Source: Candidatus Heimdallarchaeota archaeon
GTDB lineage: Archaea > Asgardarchaeota > Heimdallarchaeia > Heimdallarchaeales > Heimdallarchaeaceae
Length of the DNA stretch: 64,000 bases
Assembly (NCBI GenBank): GCA_019057375.1
Contig: DXJF01000011.1
Location: 81,583-145,582, forward strand
Direction of reading: 5' to 3'
How positions within the stretch are numbered: the stretch's first letter is position 1; each line of letters opens with the position of its first letter. Below, piece after piece: positions 20,860 through 30,508 of the stretch. The notes under the pieces are model-generated. The model was given only the letters and a program-made list of their open reading frames with translations, was not told where the DNA came from and did not search any database. A program made the position numbers and the translations under genes.

Positions 20860-21864
20860 ATGTCAACTGTAAAAGTTTCTGAAAAGAAAAAACAAATAGT
20901 TGAGAAACTGAAGAACGATCTCATATCCTATCCCATTATTGGACTCGTTAGGATTGATAATATCAATGCAAGCATTGTTCAAAGAATGAGAAAAGATTTA
21001 CGAAAGGATGCTAAAATTGTTATGGCTAGAAACAGCTTAATGAGAATCGCTATTTCTGATTTAAAGAAAAAGGTTCCAGGCATTGAAAAACTATTAGAAT
21101 ACATTGTTGGTTCCTGCGCATTCTTGCTAAGTGAAACAAATCCCTACAAATTAGCGACTTTCATGGATGAGAATAAAGTACCCGCACCAGCAAAAGCTGG
21201 ACAATATGCACCTAATGATGTCATAATTAGACCAATGAATACAGGAATCCCTCCTGGACCTGTCATTGCTGAATTACAGTCATTAGGACTCAAAACAAGG
21301 ATTGAAGGAGGACAAATACGTATCGCAGAGGAAGCGGTTGTAACTAAAGAAGGTGACCGTGTAAATAGAACCGTTGCTCTTCTTTTAAGAAGATTAGACA
21401 TCAATCCCTTTCAAACTGGTTTGAGTTTTGTTGTTGCTTTTGAAGACGGGGAAATCCTTCCTGGCGACGCTTTATTACTCGATTATGAGCAATATAGAGC
21501 AAACGTTCAATGGGCTTACAATTCTGCTTTGAATCTAGCGGTTAATGCTGGATTTGTAACAAAACAAAGCTTATTGTTGATACTTTCAAATGCTCATCAA
21601 TTAGCTCTCAATCTTTCAGTTAATGCTGGATTTCTAACTAAGAAATCTCTGTCATTAATTCTCACAAAAGCAGTTCAAGGATCTCTTTCTGTCGCAACTT
21701 TTGTAGCAGAAAAAGATTCAAGAGCTTTGTCAAACAAAGCTCAGGCCAAACTTTCTGAAGCTCCAAAACTTCAACAGACTGAAACCATTGTAGCTGAAGA
21801 AAAAGAGGAAGAACCCGAGGAAGAACCCGAGGAAGATCTAGGGTTAGGATCGTTATTTGGATAG
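20860..21864 (+). CDS. rpl10: Ribosomal protein uL10 (P0)
   Basis: PAPAKAG, NTGIPPGP, acidic tail ending LGSLFG. Confidence 0.97.
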   Translation: MSTVKVSEKKKQIVEKLKNDLISYPIIGLVRIDNINASIVQRMRKDLRKDAKIVMARNSLMRIAISDLKKKVPGIEKLLEYIVGSCAFLLSETNPYKLATFMDENKVPAPAKAGQYAPNDVIIRPMNTGIPPGPVIAELQSLGLKTRIEGGQIRIAEEAVVTKEGDRVNRTVALLLRRLDINPFQTGLSFVVAFEDGEILPGDALLLDYEQYRANVQWAYNSALNLAVNAGFVTKQSLLLILSNAHQLALNLSVNAGFLTKKSLSLILTKAVQGSLSVATFVAEKDSRALSNKAQAKLSEAPKLQQTETIVAEEKEEEPEEEPEEDLGLGSLFG

Positions 21865-21874
21865 GTGAAAAAAT

Positions 21875-22180
21875 ATGGAATATGTATATGCAGCATTAAT
21901 ACTTCATGAATTAGGTGAAAATATTACTCAAACAAAGGTAAAAGGAATACTCGAAGCCGCTGGAGCAAAAATAGATGAATCTCGAATTAAAGCTTTAGTA
22001 GCAGCCTTAAAAGAAGTTAATATTGAAGAAGCTTTGAAAGCTACTGTTATGGCTGCTGCACCAGCTGCAGCATCTCCTGGAGCTGCAAGTGATAAAGCAG
22101 CGCCTGCAGAAGCTAAAGAAGAAAAAGAAGAAGAACCAGAAGAAGATGCCGATTTAGGTCTAAGTGCTCTATTCGGTTAG
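21875..22180 (+). CDS. rpl12: Ribosomal stalk protein P1/L12
   Basis: MEYVYAALILH, Ala-rich hinge, GLSALFG. Confidence 0.97.
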   Translation: MEYVYAALILHELGENITQTKVKGILEAAGAKIDESRIKALVAALKEVNIEEALKATVMAAAPAAASPGAASDKAAPAEAKEEKEEEPEEDADLGLSALFG

Positions 22181-22220
22181 AATTTTCTATTTCCTTCTTA
22201 TTTTCTTTTTCAATATCTTT

Positions 22221-22538
22221 TTATTTATTTTTTAAAAAAACATTAAAGGCATCGATAATATTGTCACATTTTTCTAAAGCGTGGTAAATTTCTAGATCAG
22301 AAAATTCAGTTTCTTGAACAGCACTGGAACTAAGTGATGCTATCCTTGATCTTCTAATTTCACCTCTACCGTCAATTGAAACGATTAATGTATGATCATC
22401 TGCGTGCATTAAAACAAAGTTAAACAACTGACTATCTCTTAAATTTTCCAATTGCTTTCTTTCAATTTTACATTCAAGCATTTTTCCACAATGATCACAA
22501 CTGAATGTTTTGTGAATAAATTTGTCATTCTTTCTCAT
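22221..22538 (-). CDS. Hypothetical protein with CxxC/His putative metal-binding domain
   Basis: FSCDHCGK...MHADDHTLIVSID; last gene of the GTPase operon. Confidence 0.65.
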   Translation of the reverse strand: MRKNDKFIHKTFSCDHCGKMLECKIERKQLENLRDSQLFNFVLMHADDHTLIVSIDGRGEIRRSRIASLSSSAVQETEFSDLEIYHALEKCDNIIDAFNVFLKNK

Positions 22539-22562
22539 CTGATTACCTATCTTTCTATTTGA

Positions 22563-23174
22563 CTAGAAGCTTTGATATTTTGATACTAGCTCATCAGCTA
22601 GACTTTGTTCTTTGTTTATTATCTGGTCAACAATATACTCAAAGGGTTCTGAAACATTGCCTGATAAAAGACCGCTCACGAGAAAATGCTTTTTGATGTT
22701 ATAACTCTTCATGAAATCGTGGATATCTTCTATGGATATTTCCGCATCTTCCAAGTCAAGCTTGTTTCCAACTAAAACTTCTGGAATTTTAGGATAGAAG
22801 TGGTTAGCTAAATAATTACGAGTTAGATCAACAAATTCATTCAAATAGGCTAGGGTTTCTATATCAGTAATATCATAAACATACATTACACCTTTAACTC
22901 CACGTAGGAAAACATCAATCATGAATCGGAATTGTTTTTGCCCTGCAAAATCCCAAATCTGTATAGTTACTGTACGACCTTGGTAAACTATTCTTTTCAC
23001 TGTAATGTCTACACCTTTTGTCATTGAAATTTGGTTTGGATCATCAAGTTCTCCTGAATAGCTTTTAGATATAGTAGTTTTTCCCACTGAACCTAATCCC
23101 AATACGGCAACTTTCAATATATTGTCATGTTTTGAGTTTTGAGGGAGTACTGTATTCATCATAATCATATCCAA
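22563..23174 (-). CDS. Rab/Ras-like small GTPase
   Basis: G1 GLGSVGKTT, G3 WDFAGQKQFR, G4 GNKLD. Confidence 0.92.
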   Translation of the reverse strand: MDMIMMNTVLPQNSKHDNILKVAVLGLGSVGKTTISKSYSGELDDPNQISMTKGVDITVKRIVYQGRTVTIQIWDFAGQKQFRFMIDVFLRGVKGVMYVYDITDIETLAYLNEFVDLTRNYLANHFYPKIPEVLVGNKLDLEDAEISIEDIHDFMKSYNIKKHFLVSGLLSGNVSEPFEYIVDQIINKEQSLADELVSKYQSF

Positions 23175-23182
23175 AAAAATAT

Positions 23183-24541
23183 TTAAAGCACCACATTTTT
23201 TTGTGGTGAACTGTTATATCCTGCTACCAGCCCATGTACAGAAACCGAGGAGTAGATTGGCTTGTTTTTAATTATGGAAAATTCTCCTCCCGAATATAAG
23301 GTCATAAAAGGTACATCTGTTCCTATTGCTTCTTTGACCATCTTGTTTTCTTCTTCAATTTTATCACCAGCAATGAGCAATCTATTGCTACAGTTAATAA
23401 AAAGGCCAAAAATTGGATGGTCAATTTCCTGTGCTGCTGTATTTGCACATTCATATGCAGATTTTTGCACTCCTAAACCAGATTGTGTAAAAAATTCCGC
23501 AATTTTTTCGCTCTCATCTAAAATTTCCTCTGGAATTGTTGAAATTACTCCTTTCAAAGTTGGATGACATACAGATACAAATGGTAGATTCCCTTGATTC
23601 TCTGATTTCAATGTAGAAAGATACAACAATGAAGCATAAGCCATATTTTTGAAAGCCTCTTCATAGAGATCTTTAGACATACCTAGTAATTCAAGAAATT
23701 CTTCCTGGGCGGGTCTTTCATTTATCTCATGGATATAACTGCTGCTTTTGAGTCCCTTTGATAGCTCAAAGTTTTTAGTCTTTTGTGATTTATCAAATGT
23801 CCAATTATGTTCAAAGTTCAAGGTATCAGAAGAAAAGACTGTTCCAACCATTGCATTTTGAAAAACATTTTTTCCTTGAAATTGATAACAAGAAAGCATG
23901 TCTAAATCAATAGTAGCTCCTCCTAGGGCATTCTCTACGTTATTTTCCAGTAATTTCATCAGCATCTTGTATGCAAACGATGTTACACCATAACCATTCT
24001 TCCCCATATTTCGATTAATGAGTTTTCCAATCATATTGAACATTCTCCTAAATTTATGTGCGAAGATGGTATCCAATATTTTCATGTCCTCGAAAGCATC
24101 AGGTGGAAAGAACGGACCAGGTGTGAGGAAGAAACCTGTTTTGAATTTATTTTGATCATCTTTGAAGAGTTGAATTAGTTTATTTATTCCTTTATCGGGG
24201 TTTATTCTAATATTTGAATAGGAAACTGAAGAATGAATATTCAATTCTGATGATTTGAAAGCCATTGCAGAACAACCTTGAGTAGTTGGTATATCATTCG
24301 ATGTAGCAACAGCTGGAAATGTTCCTCCGATTACATTCTGTGTTCCGCTTTCCTCACAAATTTTTGATATAGCTTGCTCATATTCTCTTTTTTCACGGTA
24401 ATTTGGGGTATACGCAATAAGGATAAAATCAGGTGTGCCGTTAATATCACCAATAACATCTTTGATGATATGTTTTGTAGTTGTATGGATAGATCTGTGG
24501 CTAGTTGTCCTTGTAGCTATCTGCATAAAGAAATCCCTCAC
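23183..24541 (-). CDS. Stand-alone FIST domain protein
   Basis: VIGGTF, LGGATID, INERPA, NCSNR, LYSGGEF motifs typical of FIST-N/FIST-C. Confidence 0.78.
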   Translation of the reverse strand: MRDFFMQIATRTTSHRSIHTTTKHIIKDVIGDINGTPDFILIAYTPNYREKREYEQAISKICEESGTQNVIGGTFPAVATSNDIPTTQGCSAMAFKSSELNIHSSVSYSNIRINPDKGINKLIQLFKDDQNKFKTGFFLTPGPFFPPDAFEDMKILDTIFAHKFRRMFNMIGKLINRNMGKNGYGVTSFAYKMLMKLLENNVENALGGATIDLDMLSCYQFQGKNVFQNAMVGTVFSSDTLNFEHNWTFDKSQKTKNFELSKGLKSSSYIHEINERPAQEEFLELLGMSKDLYEEAFKNMAYASLLYLSTLKSENQGNLPFVSVCHPTLKGVISTIPEEILDESEKIAEFFTQSGLGVQKSAYECANTAAQEIDHPIFGLFINCSNRLLIAGDKIEEENKMVKEAIGTDVPFMTLYSGGEFSIIKNKPIYSSVSVHGLVAGYNSSPQKNVVL

Positions 24542-24897
24542 AAATAATTAGATATTAAGAGAGCTTTTCTCTTAGATTCTATAGATAACAAACTAAGATT
24601 AGCATTTTTGCTTGCAATAGTTGTTAGGATTGTTATGCTATTTACAACATAGAAGATTACACAGAATTCATTTAATTCGTAAGTTACTTTATTGAGGTTG
24701 TTGGATTTCATTTCTAAAGAAACTTTGTCAACATTTGCTTTACACCACTGAATTGTTCTTAATAAATTGTGAGAATATTCTTCCTTAAATGATGAATCAA
24801 CAACATCCCCATCAATTCGGAAGAGTATCGCTGCTTCTACTTCATCTAAGTGATTCAAATCCATTAATTCAGAACCAATTCCTTGGCTAAAATTCAT
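24538..24897 (-). CDS. Roadblock/LC7 (MglB-like) domain protein
   Basis: AAILFRIDGDVVDS...ANLSLLSIESKR pattern, 119 aa. Confidence 0.72.
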   Translation of the reverse strand: MNFSQGIGSELMDLNHLDEVEAAILFRIDGDVVDSSFKEEYSHNLLRTIQWCKANVDKVSLEMKSNNLNKVTYELNEFCVIFYVVNSITILTTIASKNANLSLLSIESKRKALLISNYL

Positions 24898-25826
24898 TTT
24901 CTTACCTCTTGTAATATCTGCTTATCTGTTAATGCTTCCACAAGTTCCATATTCTGAGAGCCATCCCTATTCTCTCTCTCGCCAAGAAGGTTCTTTGCAA
25001 TTTGAGCGATTACTCTTTTCTTTGGATCTTTATCTTTGGAGAGTTCTTTCACTCTTTTCATTAATTCTTGGTATCTTATATCGTTAATAACTGGATTAGA
25101 TGTAACATTCTGAATTGAGCTAGTATCTATTACTAGACCTGGTCCATTAACGAAATTAAGCGGATAGATTCCTTCGTGATGGGGTGTTTTTCTAGATTTA
25201 ACAACCTTACAAGTTCTGTTGTATTTTCCCCCCAAACCTAGATTTTGTATGTGAATAACACTATCAGATAAGTAAATAGGTACTCTTGTTTCTTTGGCAC
25301 CAATATCTGTTTGGCCAAAAGCATTAGGTTCTTCAACAGTTTGCAATACTGTACCTAGAGAGCTCAAATGGTGATAAATTTTAGTTAGAACCTTTCGTTG
25401 CTCTTTCTCTGAAGGAAATTCCCACAATATTGGAGTAAGTGGATCTAAAATGATTCTTGTGTGTTTAACATTTCGATGTTTCAATTTTTGTGCTAAGGCT
25501 GGGAGTATATTTGTCATAAACTCTACAATCTTCTCACTTTCAACTAAATGAATTAGGTCTTCAGCATCATTTGTCATTTCATTAATGTTAATTCCCAAAG
25601 ATTCGGCTTCCCCAATCAATTTTGATGGGGTTTCTTCAAAGGACAAATAAAGGGTATGATCTTCTTCTAAAAGTCCTTGATATAAGTAAGCTAAGGCAAC
25701 AGTAGTTTTTCCTGTTCCACTACTACCTACTATGGAATTAATAGAATTCTTGATTATTCCACCATTCATTAGAACATCAAGACCTTCTATCCCCGAAGAT
25801 ATTCTTTCGTGGTTTATCATAGACAT
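24894..25826 (-). CDS. KaiC-like/RAD55 RecA-superfamily ATPase
   Basis: RISSGIEGLDVLMNGG, GSSGTGKTT, YLSFEE, VVKSRKTPH. Confidence 0.88.
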   Translation of the reverse strand: MSMINHERISSGIEGLDVLMNGGIIKNSINSIVGSSGTGKTTVALAYLYQGLLEEDHTLYLSFEETPSKLIGEAESLGININEMTNDAEDLIHLVESEKIVEFMTNILPALAQKLKHRNVKHTRIILDPLTPILWEFPSEKEQRKVLTKIYHHLSSLGTVLQTVEEPNAFGQTDIGAKETRVPIYLSDSVIHIQNLGLGGKYNRTCKVVKSRKTPHHEGIYPLNFVNGPGLVIDTSSIQNVTSNPVINDIRYQELMKRVKELSKDKDPKKRVIAQIAKNLLGERENRDGSQNMELVEALTDKQILQEVRK

Positions 25827-25982
25827 CTATAGTTATACACTAACAACCTAAATAAACTCCACAATTTCTAATTGGGAGTAAATTATTATATCAATCGCTC
25901 TAAGCTTTAATTAGTTTAATATGCGAATGAACACAAAGAGTAACATTTTAGAAAAGAAACAAAATTATCATTCTAGAGTATA

Positions 25983-26741
25983 ATGAGTTCATTTTTACAA
26001 AAGATAAAAGATCTATTTGCTTCTGAGGAAAAAAAATTCACCAAAACACTATTAGAAGAGTTAGAAACAACAAACTTCATCAATATAAGAAAGATTCAAT
26101 CAAACCTTTCTTTGGAAAAACGCTATGTAGCGATTAGTAACTTACTTTCAAACAGAAAAATGGCAGGTATTTTTCTTCCGGAGAAATTTCACTTCTTTTC
26201 CATTTCAGATGAGGAATTATCGGAAATCAGGAATTCACTTAAAAAACAAGGGGTTGTAGAAATGTCCTTAATCAAGAATCGCTGGACTGTAACAGAAAAA
26301 ACCTTACTTCCACTGTTGAATCATCTAGAAAAAGGAATTATTGGTGATAAGAAATATTTCACAATTACTTATCTTCAAAATGCTATAAGTTCCTCCTTAA
26401 CAAATGTCCCAGAATATGAGATTCAGAAGTTTGAGAAAAAATTTGGGATAGAAGTGGACACTTTTGCTCAGATTATTATTAGTATGATTAAAGATGAAAT
26501 ACTTAAAGGTGTATTAAGAAATAATTTGGTATTTTTAAGTTCAGAAACCTTTGAAAATATTGTTACTGAGTTTCTAGAGGATAAATTGGATAGTGAAAAA
26601 GAACTATCTTTTGATGAAATCTCCTCTGAACTAGAAGTACCTTCAACGAATATTGAACCTTTTCTTGTAAGTTATGTTAATAAAAATCCAGCTAGTTTAG
26701 TTATTTATCCGTTGGAGAAAAAGATAATCTTCAAGGGATAA
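25983..26741 (+). CDS. Hypothetical protein, probable winged-helix/PCI-like repeats
   Basis: Repeated helical units such as LSFDEISSELEVP; fold is inferred. Confidence 0.55.
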   Translation: MSSFLQKIKDLFASEEKKFTKTLLEELETTNFINIRKIQSNLSLEKRYVAISNLLSNRKMAGIFLPEKFHFFSISDEELSEIRNSLKKQGVVEMSLIKNRWTVTEKTLLPLLNHLEKGIIGDKKYFTITYLQNAISSSLTNVPEYEIQKFEKKFGIEVDTFAQIIISMIKDEILKGVLRNNLVFLSSETFENIVTEFLEDKLDSEKELSFDEISSELEVPSTNIEPFLVSYVNKNPASLVIYPLEKKIIFKG

Positions 26742-26832
26742 TTAATACAATTAAAGAAACTTAAGGAATTTCTTTACTCTTATATGTCGAAATCTTTAAA
26801 ATAGTATGTTGTAACCCGAACTTTAGATAAGA

Positions 26833-27258
26833 ATGGCTAGAAGATTACCGTGGTTACTACCTGGAATTCGCAGACCTAATTTCAATCTACATCAAATATC
26901 AATTCGTATGCCAAAACGAATTCCCAGAAGTTTAATTTACGTTCTCATATATGGGATTGTATTCTATATCTTTGGTGGTGGAGCATATATGGTTGTAAAT
27001 CAGGATGTTCTGATAAGTATAGGTCAATTTGGTAATAGCCCTCTTTTCATCGCACGTTCATTACATACACAATATCTAATTGAAGGATTGGTTATAGGAT
27101 TTATATTGGTTTTCGGAGCAGTAAGTCTATATTTGCTTGATTATGCAACAAAATTTGCTTTTGATGTTGGAACTGCTCAAAAAGTTGAGCTGATTGGAAC
27201 AGTCTTAGTAATTGTATGGTACATTGCTGTGTTATTGATTTTTAGAGCTAAATTATAA
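26833..27258 (+). CDS. OSTC/DC2-like oligosaccharyltransferase subunit (OST3/OST6 family)
   Basis: Three TM helices; FGGGAY and TQYLIEGL match the eukaryotic OSTC pattern (ITGGIIY, GQYIMEGL). Confidence 0.78.
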   Translation: MARRLPWLLPGIRRPNFNLHQISIRMPKRIPRSLIYVLIYGIVFYIFGGGAYMVVNQDVLISIGQFGNSPLFIARSLHTQYLIEGLVIGFILVFGAVSLYLLDYATKFAFDVGTAQKVELIGTVLVIVWYIAVLLIFRAKL

Positions 27259-27263
27259 GTAGA

Positions 27264-27902
27264 TTAATACCTACTTTTGATTGTTTCAATACCATTATTA
27301 GTTATTTTATAAAAAATTTCCTCTTTTTCTTGCTGTGCTTTCCACAGTGTTTTATTAACATGTCTTAGATTAATTATTCTGTCTGAATAATTCATTATAG
27401 CTGAATTTGCTACAGGTCTAATAATTCTCTTATCCTTTTCTCTGAAAGCTGTGACTTGATTTGTTATTAAAACAGGAACCTGGTATTCTTTGCTAATCAT
27501 GTTTAGGTATGCCATTTGCAATGTTAGTAGTTTATATAAACTCATTTCATTGATATCTGAGCTTCTAAATCTAAAATGATCCGTTATCCCATTAATGGCC
27601 ATGAATGCGTAATCTGTGTTTGAAATAAAATTATGAACTTTCATCAATGTTTTAATTTGTTGACTCTTGTTAAATAAGCTAATAACGGTGATATTTTTTA
27701 GTTCCACCTTGTAATTCAGATTAACTTCCATTAATCTCTGTGCACTAAAATTTATCTCACAATCAAAAAATAGAGCTTTCTTCCCTTTTAGACCTCTACA
27801 TGTATGATAAATTAATGTTGTTTTTCCTGAATTTGGAGGACCCGCTATATGAGTTATACCTTGAGGAATTGTTCCGTATTCCAGTAAATCTCGAAACGCC
27901 AA
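27264..27902 (-). CDS. radB: RadB-like RecA-family protein
   Basis: THIAGPPNSGKTT, FFDCE, VPVLITNQV, YSDRIINL. Confidence 0.75.
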   Translation of the reverse strand: MAFRDLLEYGTIPQGITHIAGPPNSGKTTLIYHTCRGLKGKKALFFDCEINFSAQRLMEVNLNYKVELKNITVISLFNKSQQIKTLMKVHNFISNTDYAFMAINGITDHFRFRSSDINEMSLYKLLTLQMAYLNMISKEYQVPVLITNQVTAFREKDKRIIRPVANSAIMNYSDRIINLRHVNKTLWKAQQEKEEIFYKITNNGIETIKSRY

Positions 27903-27985
27903 ATCTAATCACTGATATTAGAGAATATCAATTTACTTTAATTTCATTATATATTAAAGCTTTGAAAAAAAGATAATTTTCTTAT

Positions 27986-28210
27986 CTAAATCAGTAATAG
28001 GTAAATTATCAAGGAGAAAATAATAATTCCGATACCTTTTCCAATTTTGTTTAAGTTATAACCTAGATTCCTTTGAATTAATCCCTTACTTGTTTTTTCA
28101 GTTGTAATCATTAAACCGATCCAAATTCCTGTTTTAGAGGCATAAAGAAGAATCAATAGAACCACATCGAGAATATATTGAAGGGTTACTTCTCCAATTT
28201 CTGCTGCCAT
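27986..28210 (-). CDS. Small membrane protein
   Basis: 74 aa with two hydrophobic segments. Confidence 0.55.
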   Translation of the reverse strand: MAAEIGEVTLQYILDVVLLILLYASKTGIWIGLMITTEKTSKGLIQRNLGYNLNKIGKGIGIIIFSLIIYLLLI

Positions 28211-28281
28211 TTCTTCTCAAATATTAAAACATAGTTTAAGTTAAATACTCCACGAAAATCAAGGAAAGATTTTTTCTGTTA

Positions 28282-29064
28282 CTACCTTTGAATCTTTAGC
28301 ATTTCAGGCATCATACTTTTGTGTTTATTATTTTTTATTAATCTCTTTATTCTATCTACTTGATTTTTCTTTAATCCAATTGTTTTAATTAACTCCTTTT
28401 CACTCAATCCATTTTCTAAACCAAGGAGTAATAGATCTAGCTTTTTATAAGAAATCCCTATTTCTTCCTCATCGGTTTGCTTAACCCAAAGCCCTGCAGT
28501 TGGAGGTTTTGTTATGATTTTTGGATTCACATTAAGTTTTTCAGCTATTCTATACAATTCTGTTTTGTAAATGTCTCCTACAGGCCATATATCTGCAGCT
28601 AAATCGCCGAATTTAGTTCCATAGCCTATTAAAATCTCGGATTTATTTGACGTTCCTATTACTAATTTGTTTTCAAGATTAGATATTGTGTAAAGGTTAA
28701 CTCCTCTTAATCGAGCTTTCAAATTTCCTTTGGCTAACCGATTCTCTTTCAATTCTGAATGTACTGTTATCATTTCCTTTACCAAAGATGAAATATCAAT
28801 GATTTGGAGAGGAATGTCTAATTGTTTAGCTGTTAATTGAGCATCTTGAGTATGAATTGGATCGAGTTCTTTTTCAGGTAAATGAATAAGTGATATCTTT
28901 TCTTTACCAATAGTAAGGGCTGTTAAGTGTGCAATAACTGCAGAATCAATTCCACCACTGAGACCAATTACTGCCCCTTTTGTTTTTGAAATTTCAATTT
29001 TTTGCCTTATAAACTTTTTAATTTCTTCAATTATGACGTTTTCATCTTTAAGGAAACCTTTCAT
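28282..29064 (-). CDS. nadE: NH3-dependent NAD+ synthetase
   Basis: GLSGGIDS, NLKARLRG, GTSNKSE, GYGTKFGD, PPTAGLW. Confidence 0.97.
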   Translation of the reverse strand: MKGFLKDENVIIEEIKKFIRQKIEISKTKGAVIGLSGGIDSAVIAHLTALTIGKEKISLIHLPEKELDPIHTQDAQLTAKQLDIPLQIIDISSLVKEMITVHSELKENRLAKGNLKARLRGVNLYTISNLENKLVIGTSNKSEILIGYGTKFGDLAADIWPVGDIYKTELYRIAEKLNVNPKIITKPPTAGLWVKQTDEEEIGISYKKLDLLLLGLENGLSEKELIKTIGLKKNQVDRIKRLIKNNKHKSMMPEMLKIQR

Positions 29065-29136
29065 TTAACTCATAATATCTAAATAATTGAGCTTAATAAT
29101 TCTTTCAATACGAATATATGAATACAAAACAGTCTA

Positions 29137-29212
29137 TGGAGCCCCGAAGGGGGTTTGAACCCCTGACCTTTACCTTACCAAGGTAACGCTCTACCAGCTG
29201 AGCTATCGAGGC
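29137..29212 (-). tRNA. tRNA-Thr(GGT)
   Basis: Cloverleaf; anticodon arm TTACC-TTGGTAA-GGTAA; encoded CCA. Confidence 0.96.
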
Positions 29213-29410
29213 AAATTCAATAAAATCCTTTTTATATAATTTTTAAAGATTCTGATTCAATGTTATAATTATAAGAAAAAACCCTATAAATTTTCCATAC
29301 TCTTTCAACAAATCCTCTATTTTCGAAATTAGAAATAAAAATCCACAAAGGGCGAAAAGTCTAAATATACTTTCTTTAATTTCCTAACAAATTACTTAAT
29401 AAGGGATAAT

Positions 29411-30508
29411 ATGAAAAATCGCACTTTAGCATTCTTATTGCTCTGCTTGGTAACAGTAACGAATGTACCCTACGTATATGATATTTCTGGTCAACAGGCA
29501 CTGAATTATGTAATTCTTTTTGATGAATCACATGGACAAGTTTTCAATAGGACTTTTATGGACACTGCTTTAAGCTCCCTTACTAATATTACAATTGAAG
29601 ATCCTGACACTGAGCTTGTAATTAAACTTTTATTCCAGACTGAATCAAGATTTAATTCTACAAACCTTCAAGGTGTAAATCTGCTCATTTTTACAAACCC
29701 TGGACTTGGAGACGATGATGGCTTAGACCAAACAGAGAAAGATGCAATCCTTGATTACGTAGAACTTGGTGGATCTTTATTTCTACTTTGCAATCCATTG
29801 ACTCAACAGGATAATATAACAGGTCATCCTACCACAATGAATGAATTACTAAATGAGAGAGACAATTGGTTAACATCTGCAAGATTCATGTTTGGAGCAA
29901 ACCAGTCACTTTCTAGAGTAATTGTAGATGATTTCAATAGTACATATGGAAATACAACTCATGTAACATTTAATGAGTATAATTCAACAAGGACAATTTT
30001 CAATGAAAACATAGATTTTTTCTGGCAGGAAACAAAAATTGACAATGTTACAATTTACTCAGACTCTATTTCATTAGGAAATGAAAGACTGGAGGACGAG
30101 TCATTGGAAAAAATAGTTCAAGTTGGAAGAACACCCATTACATCATACGCAATTAATGAAGAATATGATATATTTAGAGATCCAACCAAGGGTTTCCTTA
30201 CTTGGCTTTTTGCAAAAAAAACCAGAAGCACCAGATTAGTCATGTCAGGTTCAACAATAATGTTCAGTGACTTAGAGATTGCAGAAAATTCAACTTGGAT
30301 TGAACAGAATCAGAATCTCGAACTATGGAACAATCTCATTCTCTGGCTCCTGAAATATACCCCTCATCCAGAAAGAGATCCTCCTGCAATATGGGTTTTC
30401 GAGAATTATGCTTTGCTTGTTTTTGCTCTTTCTGCTGTAATTTTTGGCATTTCAATTTTTGTTTTCAAATATAGAAATAAAAGAAGAACCACTGTTAAAA
30501 TCAAGTGA
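29411..30508 (+). CDS. Secreted, C-terminally anchored DUF4350/GldG/IFT52-like domain protein
   Basis: Signal peptide; ILFDESHG; DYVELGGSLFL; C-terminal TM followed by basic tail. Confidence 0.65.
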   Translation: MKNRTLAFLLLCLVTVTNVPYVYDISGQQALNYVILFDESHGQVFNRTFMDTALSSLTNITIEDPDTELVIKLLFQTESRFNSTNLQGVNLLIFTNPGLGDDDGLDQTEKDAILDYVELGGSLFLLCNPLTQQDNITGHPTTMNELLNERDNWLTSARFMFGANQSLSRVIVDDFNSTYGNTTHVTFNEYNSTRTIFNENIDFFWQETKIDNVTIYSDSISLGNERLEDESLEKIVQVGRTPITSYAINEEYDIFRDPTKGFLTWLFAKKTRSTRLVMSGSTIMFSDLEIAENSTWIEQNQNLELWNNLILWLLKYTPHPERDPPAIWVFENYALLVFALSAVIFGISIFVFKYRNKRRTTVKIK

